Of a stretch of DNA of 64,000 nt, positions 11,840-23,828 are shown piece after piece. Both the position numbers and the translations under genes were made by a program. The stretch is from Octopus vulgaris (taxonomy: Eukaryota). The first letter of the stretch is position 1. Each line of letters starts with the position of its first letter. The notes under the pieces were generated by a model, which worked only from the letters and a program-made list of their open reading frames with translations, was not told where the DNA came from and did no database searches. The stretch covers positions 36,952,001-37,016,000 of the forward strand of contig OX597829.1 of assembly GCA_951406725.2 (NCBI GenBank), written 5' to 3'.

Positions 11840-13742
11840 ATTACCTTACCTCAGTTTATGAGAGATATGAGTTTAAACAGAAACTCTAGTGATAACAGCA
11901 TAAATGAGGCAGGACCTTGAAGGGAAGGCCTCTCAGTCAGCAGTTGTGCAGAACAAATTCTAAGCAGCAGTACAAAATAGAGTAATGTGGATGAAATGGA
12001 CAAGAGAAGAGGACAGGGTAGTGATTCAATGCTACTTTGAAAGTGAACTCAAAGTGGTACCAAAAAAACGTATATTAGCACTTTGGTTAAAGAAAAGCAT
12101 GTTTGATATAACAGAGAAAAGACTAGTGGACCAGGCTAATACTGTTAAGAGAAATAAGTGGATGACAGAACTGTAGATAGAAGATATCCCAAGACAATTA
12201 AAAAGGATCAAAAAGTCAAACAGTTAAAGAACACAAACCAAGAAAAAGCAAGATGTATAAGTGATATAGTTCAAGCCAAGGAAGAGCCAACAAGAAAAAA
12301 ACACAAGCACTACCAACCAGGAAGGAAAAATTGATACCAGTGATTTAAATGGGGAAGATCAGGAGAGTTCAGATGAGTTGCAGAAAGTAATAAGTAAAGA
12401 AGAAAGAAAAGATTACCAGCTAAAAAGGCTGGTAATAGAAGGAAGTTGCTAGATATTACAAGGCAAGTAGATTCTCTTATCAGTAGGATTGAAGCTAAAA
12501 ATATATGTGACACTAACTTATTGATTTATGCAGGAGGAATAGTAGTTACTAATGAATAGGTATTCTTCAAGAAAAGAATAGGAAGGAGTAGATGTGGAAA
12601 AGGAAATTAGAAAATGAAGAGAAGACTTTAAGACAATATCTGGCTAGAATAGAGCAGGACAAGTTAGGAAACACAAGATTAAAATATTTTCTTGACAAAA
12701 AATATCTAGTCAAAGAGAAAGGATTTGGGACAGTCATAGATGAGCTGAAAAGGTGTCTTGTAGTAATAGCAGGTAAACTTTTCAAATATCAAAAAAGAAT
12801 AGATCAGTATCAACAGGACGAATTGTTTGAAACAGACTGGAGGAGATTTTATTGCCAAATAAATAGTGTAGAAGATGTTAAGCCTAATGCAGAAAAAGCT
12901 AGAAAATTCTGGAGTGATATTTAGAATCATAATGGAAGTGTAACATAGCTAAAGAAAGTGAGGGAAGAAGTAGTCAGTAAGAAGTAGCCAGATCTAAAAC
13001 TAGCTGGTGCATTAAGTGTAAGGAAGAATGCCAAAATGGAAGGGCTGAGGACCAGATTTAGTTCAAGGGTGTTGGTTAAAGAAATTTAGTATGTTACATG
13101 GGAGACTGAGGGAACAACTTCAAGATTGCCTTAATGGAGGAGTCATACCTAATTGGATGACTAGAGAGAGAACACAACTCCTTATGAAAGACAAAATCAA
13201 TGGCAATATAGCTAGTAATTATAGACCAATCACTTGCTTACCATTAGTGTGGAAGCTGTAAACAGGAAGGCTTTCAGAAAACATTTATGAGCACCTTGAC
13301 AGCCAAAATTTATTTCCAAAAGAACAAAGGGATGCAGGAAGAAGGTTAGAGGAACACATGATCTATTGTACATTAGACAAAGCAGTTCTAAAGAAAGTGA
13401 AATCTAGAAAGAAAAATTTAACAATAGCATGGATAGATTATAAGAAAGCCTATGACATGATTCTACACTCATGGAGTAGTGAATAATTGAGTGTATTCAG
13501 TATTGCTGAGAACATAAGAAATTTAATTAGCGATCACTTGAAGAAACGATAAGTAGATATTTAGTCAATTGATACATCTCTAAGGAAAGTTGATATCAAG
13601 AGAAGAATTTTCCAAGGAGACTCGTTAACCCCTTTAATGTTTGTCCTATGTTTGATACCGCTTAGTTTAGTATTGAGAAAGGCAAAGGCAGGGTATTAGT
13701 TTAGTGATAGTAAAGAAAAAATTAACCATTTGCTCTACAATA
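11840..13742 (+). mobile_element. 3'-truncated R4/Dong-like LINE starting immediately after (AAT)n
   Basis: KWTREEDRVVIQCY..EKRLVDQAN N-terminus, SNYRPITCLPLVWKL, AWIDYKKAYD, FQGDSLTPL. Confidence 0.85.
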
Positions 13743-14044
13743 TTACAGGCACTTCCTCCCCCCCCCACTAACTAAACATAGACACACATAGAGATATACG
13801 CATGCGCAAATGAAGACACATACAATAGAAATACAAAATACAAAATGGCTGACCGTTAGTAAGGAGAGACACACAAATAAGAAAGAAGAAAGCAAAGGAC
13901 CACTGATGCGGTCACAGGAGTGTGATGAAAGAACTCTGGCTGAAATAAAATTAAGATTAATGTAAAAAATAAATAACACTGAAGCAAAGTAACACCAAAT
14001 ATATAGTGCATGTGATTTTATTGGCTAAACTCTTTCGTCTATCT

Positions 14045-15158
14045 GGTAGACTCGCAAGGTCCCTCTTCCAAAATTCACTTGTTTGTGACAAAAAATACTC
14101 CTCCAGTACTGTTCTGATCTCATCTACAGAATTCATATTATTTCAGTCAAAATGATTTTGAAGACTGTGGAGTAAATGATAATCAGATAGGGCAATGTCT
14201 GGTGAATAAGGTAGGTGGAGCATCGTTTCTCATTCAAACTGCTCCAACCTTTGGAATGTCATCCTCACTGTATGTGGCCAAGTATTATCCTGTTTTGAAA
14301 CCAAAGATGGTTGTTTTTCTTCTGGCACAGACTTAAGCTGCTCACAGTAGATCTCCTTTGTTATCATTTGGTTTGGGTTTAAAAGTTCAAAGTGGACTAA
14401 ACATTTCATATCCCACCAAACAGATAACAACACCTTATGTGGGTGAAGACCTTCTTTAGCCAGGAGTGCCAGTGTTTCTCCTTTCCCTACCCACTGTCTT
14501 CAGTGCTTGACATTTTTATAGAGAACCCATTTCTTGTCACCAGTCACTATTTGATCCCTAAAAAGTTCATTTGTGAGATGTGACAGCAAAGAAGAGCACA
14601 CATTCATTCTCTGCATGCAATTAGACTTGGAAAGTTTGTGACGAACCCATTAACCCAATTTGCTGACTTTTCCAATGGCACACAGATGTCAATGAATGAT
14701 TGAATGACCAAATCCAAGCTTTTCAACAGTAACAATGGGATTTTGGTTCAGTAGGGTTTGAAGGACATCTTTGCCAAGCTCTACAGATCTTTCAAGATGA
14801 AGCTCATCTTCTAGGATCTAACTTCTGAAACCACTGTTGACATTGGCTTACGCTTATTGTCCAATCCCCATATACTGCATTAATATTCCTCATACTTTCT
14901 GTTGCGTTGTCGCCTTTATTGAACTCATAAAGCAAAATATGCTGAATATGCTCTTTTGTCACTTCCATTATAGCTTTGAAAAAATAACTGTTAAAATCAA
15001 ACTGCACTCTTCAAAACTTGCACTAAGAATAAGTACAACATAAAATTACCACCTGCTTTTATAGCAAGTTAATGCAGGTAGTTTATTCCCCCCCCCCCCC
15101 ACCAACTTTTAGTTCATGCAACTGAAAAAAACCACATTATTTATGGGATAACACAATG
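14045..15158 (-). mobile_element. Mariner-family DNA transposon relic
   Basis: HILLYEFNKG..INAVYGD N-terminus, LLSVWWD..FELL, QDN, YSPDIA.SDYHL; TIR-like ATTGTGTTATCCCATAAATAATG at 15135-15157. Confidence 0.88.
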
Positions 15159-15254
15159 GTTGCATTTCTAAGCTGTATAAAGCAGTTGAGGCATGAATAG
15201 ACAACTCAGATGAACATCAAAAGTGGAGAGAGAATATGAGATACTAATAATAAT

Positions 15255-15395
15255 GATAGGCACAAACGCTGAAATTTTGGGAGAAGGGGCTCGTCAATTA
15301 CATTAACTCCAGTGCTCAATTGATATTTACCTATTGACCCTGAAAGGATTGAAGGCAAAGTCAACTTTGATAGCATTTGAACTTAGAATGTAACA
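15255..15395 (-). mobile_element. Degenerate SINE fragment (7302-7514 family)
   Basis: gaccctgaaaggat..aaggcaaagtcaac..atttgaact. Confidence 0.7.
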
Positions 15396-15399
15396 TTAT

Positions 15400-16660
15400 A
15401 AAAGCACCCTTTTGGCAATAAGGACAACATGCAAATATACAAGAAATGGCCAATAAAGAAAATGCATACCGGATTGGTCAATATTTATTAAGACAGGACT
15501 GCCTCCCCAGTATCAAACCAATCTGGAGTTGAAAAGTTAGCTAGCAGTTTGATCCTTTCCCCAAAACACAGGCATGAACGCTTCCTTTAAGAGGATAATG
15601 TCAAAACAAGGCAAAAATTAACTAGGGAAGAAACAAGGACATTCTAGAGACCTATTATACTGCAATGTACATTCCACCAAGCAAATCTAATACAGACCAA
15701 ACATAGGAAGAATAATCCAATTAATAGATCAAACATATATAACAAAAAATTTGCTAATCTTCACAGGGACATCATAAAGATTAACTGTTGATTGACTTGG
15801 CTATCCAACAGATTCAAATATATTCAGGTCAATAGTCATACAAATGAGAATGCAAGACATCCTTCCACTGTATAAGTGGTATACGGTTAAAAGAAATATG
15901 CAAACCAAGATCATTGATGAAATTACCCCTGACACTAATGTAGATGAAACTGATTATGGTCAAAGTGGAAATACAGAGACTAAATTTGACAATCTCAAAA
16001 CAAACATTTTAACCAAGCGGGATGGTCAAACATACTGAACTGAGAAATCAAAATGATCTCCCCAAGATTTGCAACTCAAAACAAAAGGGTAGAATAATAG
16101 GTAACATAAATGCAAGATCTTACACACTGAATAAACTACTCTATGCAGCAGCTTAAATAGCCACTGCACTTTGAGGTAGTCATGTAAAGAGAAAGACTTC
16201 ATATATAAACAGGAAACCAGTATGGCAAAAGAGAATTAGAAATAAAATTAATGTACTCAGGTCTGATGTTGAAATACTCAAGGTCATCAAAAGCAAAGAA
16301 AATGTTAAAAAGTGTAAAGCTAAGATATTGAAAAGAAAATATGACAGAAAGGATAAGTGAAATCAATGAAACATTCCAAAAAAATCAAGTGAGCAGTCCA
16401 AGCCAAAGCAGCCTGTATAAGAAGAGATCCAACTTTTTCAAGGACAATGATGTTCTGAAATAATCCTAAGGACTTCTAAAGAAAACTTGTAAAAGCTTCT
16501 ACCAAGGTGGAAGGACAAAAGTTTTGGAAACTAATCTGGTTGAACACCTAAGAACACAGTTGTGATGCTTCCTGGATCCATCAGCAAATTAGACATAAAG
16601 AACAAATATAGAAAGAAGATATCTCATTTGAAGATCTCAGTTTCAGAGTATTAACTGATT
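15400..16660 (+). mobile_element. Heavily decayed 5' part of another R4/Dong-like LINE
   Basis: LYAAA, KPVWQKRIRNKINVLRSD and KFWKLIW resemble the N-terminal region of the other Dong-like copies. Confidence 0.55.
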
Positions 16661-16669
16661 TACTCTTTA

Positions 16670-17340
16670 AGTAAATCATGTGCTTCACTTCACTAGTTAT
16701 TTTAAGCATCTTGGCAACTATCTCAGGTAGCCTAGCTGCTTTCCCTACTTTCAAATCTCTTATTACTGTTGTCAACCCAGATGACTGGTCTCTCTGTTGA
16801 GTCTACATGGGACAGATGCTCTCTTTCTCATGCATTCCCTGCTTTCAACAACCTCTCATAGTAGCACTTCCATACCTCTTTCTTGTCAGCAACTGCAAAT
16901 GTACTTTTATTTCAAATATTTTTCCTCCAAACATCTCAAAGTTCTATAGTATGCTGTCTAACAATGTCCAACACTACATGCCTCTGACCCCCATGATATG
17001 GAATATGTTGAAACTTCTCTAATTCTACCTCTCCCCTTGCTAGGTATAATTCCTTTCTACTCAATATTTTTCTATGTTATCCCTTTTCTTTCAGTTCTTT
17101 ATAATTTGTCTCTTTACTGCAATAGCCCTGTCTATAGTATTGCTCCACCACTATGCCAATTGGCTGGGATCTTGCACCAGCCACAGATCTGATGTGTAAC
17201 TCTTAATGATGGTCTAGTATGAAGTGCCAATTTTGTTCTATATTATATTGTATATCTTGTATGTCTATTTCTTCTCTTCCCTAGTATCATAAGCATCATC
17301 TAATACCTCTCGGAATCTATGATCAACAAAGAGCTCTTTC
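16670..17340 (-). mobile_element. Decayed RTE fragment
   Basis: DLKVGKAARLPEIVAKMLK resembles IKTGKAPGPSGITAEMLK of the RTE at 46306-46710. Confidence 0.6.
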
Positions 17341-17502
17341 AGCTATGTAAGTGCTACAGAAGGACCGTAGTTAAACTCTCAGTTCGATAATGATATGACT
17401 GAGGAGTCTAATGCAGGTCTTGTATGAACATGTATATGTTAACTAAAACGAGGCAACAAAGCCAAGGCTGTGTGGGATTTTCAGGACATTTATAAAGAGA
17501 AA

Positions 17503-17550
17503 GTCTTACAGTTGTTTCTGGGATATTAGAGATATCCCTTCATCAGAGAC
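17503..17550 (-). ncRNA. Type I hammerhead-ribozyme-like motif
   Basis: Minus strand reads GTCT-CTGATGA-A-GGGATAT-CTCTA-ATATCCC-A-GAAA-C-AACT-GTA-AGAC: intact core, 7-bp stem II, short stem III, GUA triplet. Confidence 0.72.
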
Positions 17551-17699
17551 AATGTTAGATTGTTAAATAGAGGGAAATATTAGTGTTCAATATGGAGTTA
17601 TTTTAGAAAAGGAAGCAAATAAGGAGTATATAGGGAAATACGAGAATGAATGTAGAAATAAAAATAAAAATGTATAAAGATGTTATTGTGGTAGTACCA

Positions 17700-17825
17700 T
17701 TGTCCAAGGAAAGTGGTATGTAGCACCAAATAAAAAAGGAGAATCCATATTCAAACTGGGACTACATCCAAAAAAAGGTATGCACTGTGTTTGGTGGGAT
17801 ACAAAGGGTGTTGTCTATTATGAAG
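17700..17825 (+). mobile_element. Short mariner transposase fragment
   Basis: GLHPKKGMHCVWWDTKGVVYYE. Confidence 0.7.
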
Positions 17826-19010
17826 TACAAACGTGGGCAGAAAAGTTCATAAGCTAACTATGAAGGAGTGATGCTAGAGCTGTGAAATCTTGCATGCACT
17901 AATTTCAACTCCTCTTATTAATAACTACATTTTTTTCCCAAGTAAACTAACATCTGACTGTTCAAAGATGACTTCAAAAGTAACTAGTAGCAACTTCTCT
18001 TGAAAATGAATAAAATTGTGGTGTTATCAAGTACCTGCAGAAAAAGGGTTTAATGCCAAGGACACTCATGCTGACAATTGCTATATTAGGGGATGGTGTA
18101 CCAGCTTTATCAACAGTACAAAAGTGGGCTACTGAATTTTGGAGGGGAAAGGAGAATCTTGAAGATGACCCATTGTCAGGACTTCCTGCAACTACAACCA
18201 CCAAGGAAAGCATTGATCCTATTTACCACTTGATGATGGATGACAAGTGACTGACTATAAATCAAATAATCAATGCAATAATTCAAATAGCATTTCATGT
18301 GTGAGAGCCGAGAATATTCTGCCCAATGAACTTGGCATGTCAAAGGTATTTTGCCCAGTGTGTGCCACATCTTCTGACACCTGATCAAAAATACACCAGG
18401 CTGAAAATCTGACATTGTTTGAGACAGATCCAGCTGGTTTCCTAGAACATTTCCTAAGCCAGATGAGTGTTGGCTTCATCAGTTTGAGCCTGAGACAAAG
18501 AGACAATCCATGCAGTGGAAACATCCCTCCTCACCTGTTCTAAAGAAGGCCAATGTCGTTTCATCTGCAAGGAAGGTGATGGCCTCAGTGTTTTGAAATG
18601 TAAAAGGGATTGTGTTCATTGATTATCCTCAAAAGGGCCATATCATCAATGGAGAGTATAATGCCAACTTGCTGGGGTAATTATGAAAGGCTATCAAGAC
18701 CAAACACCTAAGAAAATTGATGAAAGGAGTTTTGTTTCTTAGGACAATGCCTCAGCACACAAATCCTTCATTTCAATGACTGATGTGCATGATAGTGACC
18801 TTCAATTGGTTGATAACTCTCCCTATTCTCCCCATTTTATCCCATCTGACTATCATCAGTTCCCCAACATAAATCCAACTCTAGGCTGGGAATCAGTATC
18901 GGAGTGATGAAGGCATCATATGTGCTGTTGATGACATTTTTGAGCAACAAGATGAAAGCTACATCATTAATGGGATACAAGCACTATAACACCAATGGAA
19001 GAAGTATGTG
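17826..19010 (+). mobile_element. Mariner-family transposon relic
   Basis: STVQKWATEFWRGKENLEDDP, EPETKRQSMQWKH, KVMASVF, DNA.AH and PYSP..PSDY in broken frames. Confidence 0.88.
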
Positions 19011-19127
19011 AACCAGCAATGGAGTTTTGTTTCGTGGGTTTTTTTCTTCTCCAGGTTATTTTACATGCTTTCAACGAGTGTGATATTGAAATCATGTGTA
19101 AACAGCTCCTTTCCCCAGAAAAGGAAA

Positions 19128-19241
19128 GATTTGGCTGCTATTTCTTGCACGCCCTGCTACCACGTAACAGGTATTTTGGGGTCCTTTATTGCAAATAGTT
19201 GTTATGTGGTAGCAGGACGTGTTAGAAATAGCAGCCAAATC
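19128..19241. repeat. Imperfect 42-bp-arm inverted repeat (hairpin/MITE-like)
   Basis: gatttggctgctatttcttgcacgccctgctaccacgtaaca ... tgttatgtggtagcaggacgtgttagaaatagcagccaaatc. Confidence 0.8.
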
Positions 19242-19899
19242 CTTTGAGGTGGGATATGTTGAATGCACTCCAAAAAACCTATGGAAAAATATTATTTCAC
19301 ACTAAGCTTATGAATGGGTCTTTTATGAAATATTTACTGTGTTTTTAAAGTCATTTTTACTTTAAAATATATTTTTAAATATGCCAAAAAAAATTTTTGT
19401 AATATCATTCACTTGAAAATAATTTAAAAAACATTAAAATATTGTCTGTTTAAAGAAAGCTAAATATAATTACCTAAATACCTCTGCCGAAGTATACGAA
19501 TCTCAGAAGATGCTCAGATAAGAAGTTTTGTCTTTTCAACCTCGTTCATCTACTCTTCTATATCTGCACAGATCATAAACCCTTTATTAGTTCTTTTCAT
19601 TATTCTGTCTATTTCATAACCATGTCAACATGTAAATATAGTTTCAATAGTTTTGTCTTCCTTGTTGTTGTCTTAAGATAACCTTAGTTCACACATATCC
19701 TTAACCACAACATTCATTTATTCAAGTTTATCACACAGTCACTTATTTCTCTAATTTTGTTACAGATTGACTGACTGAAAACTCAGATTTTTCAATCTAT
19801 TTTACTATTATCAATGCTCTTGGAGTCCCCTACTGGATTTTTAAATACCTCTGCCAAAAGAATACATAACCAGAAGATGCTCTCGTCTAAATTTGCTAG

Positions 19900-21505
19900 T
19901 TCATGGTACACCAGCCCTCCCACCAGAAGTACTATACTCTGTCATCCTTTGGTTGTCTCTCACGAACACTTCTAAAGGCTTTATGCCATCCCCATCCCTA
20001 CTTAGGGCTTATCTCCCATGTAAGGTAGTGATTATATAGTGCATAAATATGATGGTGTAGTGTATAAAGGTTGGATTGAAGGCTATTGTTTGTTTATGAA
20101 TTCTGCCAAATGTGAGCTTTCTTTTCAGGTACATGATGCTGCTGTCCCCTGTCCAAGGGTCTCACGGGCAAACACCATCGGGGTTGGTACTCTCAACGTT
20201 GACACTCTGAAAGGTAGGTCTGGTGAGATTCTTGAAATGCTTGAATGGATATGTGTCAATATATGCTGCGTTCCGCTAGGTTCCTCATAAGTAAAGAACA
20301 CAGGTACAAGATTTTCTGGGCAGGGAACACTGACAGGGTCAGGGGGCATGGGTATAATTCTTGCGGAGAAATGGGTGGATAAGGTAATCGAGGTAGTCAG
20401 AGTATGTGACAGAATACTTAAGATTAGATTAGTGCTTCATCATGGGTTAGCAACCATTATCTTGGCCTATGCCCCTCAGCCAGGGCTACCTGATGGACAG
20501 AAAGACCGATTTTATGAAACTCTCTTGCAGACTACCTCGTTGATGAATGACAGGGACCTTCTCTTTGTGGCTGGTGATTTCAATGGACATGTTGGACAAC
20601 ATACAGAGGGCTTCCATGGCGTACATGGAGGCTACAGTTTGGGTTCCCGCAATGAGGAAGGAACCAGGCTGCTGGAGTTCCGCGACACAAATGATCTTAT
20701 GGTTTGCAATACTAACTTCAGGAAACCTGCCAGTCACCTAGTCACCTACCGTTCTGGCAGACACACTAGCCAAATTGACTGCAACCTCGCCAGAAAAAGG
20801 GAAAGATGGCTGCTTATAAATGCCAAAGCCTTCCCAGGCATGTAAAAGCACCCACTACACTTCGAACATTAGGCCTCACTGAGGTAATGACTAGTGACTG
20901 AGACCTTCGGAAATATGCAGTGCATGAGAAGACCTGGCAAGCCAAGTGAGACAATAAACCATGACCTATGCCAGGGGTGTAACCAGCCCACTTATATGTA
21001 CCTTTCCTTCATTGGACACTAAACTCTGCTTGCGAATACTTGTTAAGGCAAGTGAAATCAAAATCGAATCAAATTTGATGATTGGCACCTGTGCCAGTGG
21101 AGCACTAAGAGCACCATATGAGCATGATCGTTGCCAGAGCAGCTGACTGGCTTCTGTGCTGGTGGCATGTAAAATGCACCATTCGAGCATGATTGTTACC
21201 AGCGCCGCCTTACTAGCACTTGTGCCTGTGGCACGTGAAAAAACATTTGAGTGAGGTCGTTGCTAGTGCTGCTGGACTGGCTCCTGTGCAGGTGGCATGT
21301 AAAAAACACCATTTGAGCGTGGCTGTTGCCAGTACTAGCCCTCGTGCCGGTGGCATGTAAAAGCACCCACTACACTCTCGGAGTGGTTGGCATTAGGAAG
21401 GGCATCCAGCTGTAGAAACTCTGCCAGATCAGATTGGAGCCTGGTGCAGCCATCTGGTTTGCCAGTCCTCATGGAAAACAGACGTTAAACAATGACGATG
21501 ATGAC
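19900..21505 (+). mobile_element. RTE LINE with most of the RT deleted
   Basis: APE ORF 20348-20845 (upstream GTLNV; AGDFNGHVG, SQID) joined at ~20840 to the extreme C-terminus and the 3' UTR with GAT tail. Confidence 0.9.
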
Positions 21506-22996
21506 TGTACAAACAACATACATTTTTGAAATCGAATTTACTTAAAAATATTTCTAAATGATTAAAATATTGTGTTTAACAAAAGCAAGAATACAAACAT
21601 TTATTGTAAAAAACAAAAAGTATTTTTTTGTTGTCAAATCACTGTCCAATTGAAAAGTAAGAGTTTCTTCCCTTTCAGGATAAAGTTATTTTCGGAATAT
21701 TTTCCCCATTATGCACCGTTTTGGATATTTATAGCCTGAAACCCCCTAATATCTCAAAAACCATTTGTCCGATTTACATGAAACTTGTTTTATTCCATTC
21801 ATATCAACATTTCAGGAGCAACTTAATTCATAGTATTTTCCCATCATGCACCAGTTTGGCTGGGTAACATTGCAAGCAAGCAAGATTCAAGCTGACTTGA
21901 AGTATTTGTTGGTTTCCAATCTTGAAATGTGATAGGTCTTTCTTTCCAACCTTATGTATGTGTGCAAAATTGCATATGTATGTGTGTGTGTATATATATA
22001 TAAAAAATTAGAAAAAAACCACCTTTTATCAATTCAAAATGAACAATTAAATTACACCATCAAGAAAATTACATATAATAGAAATATCAAAATTAAAATA
22101 ACAATAAAATGTCAATGATTAAGTAAATTGCAAAAAAAAAAAAAATAAAAACGTATATAATTGTTTTTTTTCTAATTTTTTATATATATATTATATATAT
22201 TATGTGAAATTTGATTTAGTATTTCTAATTTGAATTTTTTTCCCTGTAAGTTTGGATTTTATTTCCTTAAATAATAATTATATATATATATATATACTTC
22301 ATTCTTACATTTGGTCTGCAAGGTTCTTGAATTCCTGTGTTGAAACAAACCTTGTGTTTAGGGAGGGTCATTATGCCAATAAAAAATTAAATAAACACAC
22401 ACATACTGATTCAATATCACTTCTTTATTTTACCAACTGACCATCCATTGATTTCATTAATGTATTAATTGAACAATTAACGAATTGTTAGTTCTCTCTG
22501 TCCTTTCATTGCTATTCACGACCTCATCAGTGCCACACTCTCAGTCTTCAACATATTTACGAGAAAGGTGTTGGAAGGTATTCTATACAGTATATCCAAT
22601 GCAAGCTATAGACACATAAACAGAGAAAGTAGTATTTATATGTAACAGATGCAGGAACAATAAACGCCAAGGACACATGAGAATAAGATTTTCTCAAATG
22701 CTCAGGAAGCTCCTTAGAGGTTGCAGACAGTTTGTTACCTAGGTGACACAATCAGCAGAGGAAGACGATGTTCTGAAAGAATATAGCTGCTAGAATAAGA
22801 ACAGGATGGGGAAAGTTCAGAGAGTTATTACCTCTGTTGGCAGCAAAAGTTTTCTCTCAAATTGAAAGGCAGATAGTAGGTGCTTGTATATGAATATGGT
22901 AGTGAGATATGGGTCCTGAATGCAGAGGACATGTGAAAACTAGATAGGAATGAAACTAGTATGCTTCACTGGATGTGCAACATCAGTGTGTATGTA

Positions 22997-23828
22997 TGAA
23001 ATACATTAAAGAAGTATCTGACCTCTACAGATGGGTAGTGTGTACTTGTTGGATTTTTGCTTTCACTGAATGCATTGATATTGCATCAAATTTTAATATT
23101 GTAGATATATTGCATCAAATTTTGCCAAAAGCTTGATGATACTTCAGTATCATCAAACTCAAACCATCTAGAAGATTCAGCAGGCCTTTGGTAATGATAC
23201 CATGGACAAAACTGAGACCAAGAAGTAGTATAACAGCTTCAAACATAGCTGCGCCTCAGTGGAGAGCAAGGCATGCCATTCACAAGCTGAAATGAAGAAT
23301 CAAGTGAGAAGGTTTAGTGAATAGTCATGGAAGACTGCTGTGTAATAATTCAGGAAATTGTTCATGATGTGGAAATAAGCAGAGGAACATTGTATTCCAT
23401 TTTAATGGAGGATTTGTGCATGTGGAGGGTATTGGCAAAGCAGCAGAAGCAACTGTGCAAAGAAATCATTCAGGAAATGCTGGACTGTGCAAACCATGAT
23501 CCAGACTTCATGAAACCATCATCATCATCGTTTAACGTCCGCTTTCCATGCTAGCATGGGTTGGACAGTTCAACTGGGGTCTGGGAAGCCCGAAGGCTGC
23601 ACCAGGCCAGTCAGATCTGGCGGTGTTTCTACGAACAGAAATCTGATGAGCATGAACTACATGTCCATATTCTAGGCATAATGGCTGGGAACTGAGGTGG
23701 CCTACCAACATGAAAATTTTCAGGTATGTACCACAAAGGTGGAATCACCTCCCACCCAATGGATTTTACTCATGTGGCATTAGTTTTGGGAGGAAAAAAT
23801 AAAATTAGATACTTTTGAATGCTCTTTG
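22997..23828 (+). mobile_element. Internally deleted mariner at a TA site
   Basis: CIKFCQKL, KIQQAFG, EIVHDVEISRGTLYSILMEDL; degenerate TIRs (aagtatctgac / ttagatacttttgaatgc); TA on both sides; RTE frame resumes after it. Confidence 0.78.
23517..23632 (-). mobile_element. Short RTE-tail insertion in the mariner
   Basis: (CAT)n followed by gtttaacgtccgctttccatgctagcatggg. Confidence 0.8.

Noticed and set aside
19470-19885. Duplicated aaatacctctgcc..cagaagatgctc motif and a minus-strand GTAATT donor
   Set aside because: The frame checked contains stops, and two short imperfect copies do not support an exon or element
22470-22540. Minus-strand CTGATGA-GGTC..GAC possible hammerhead
   Set aside because: No intact GAAA in register and no stem I partner
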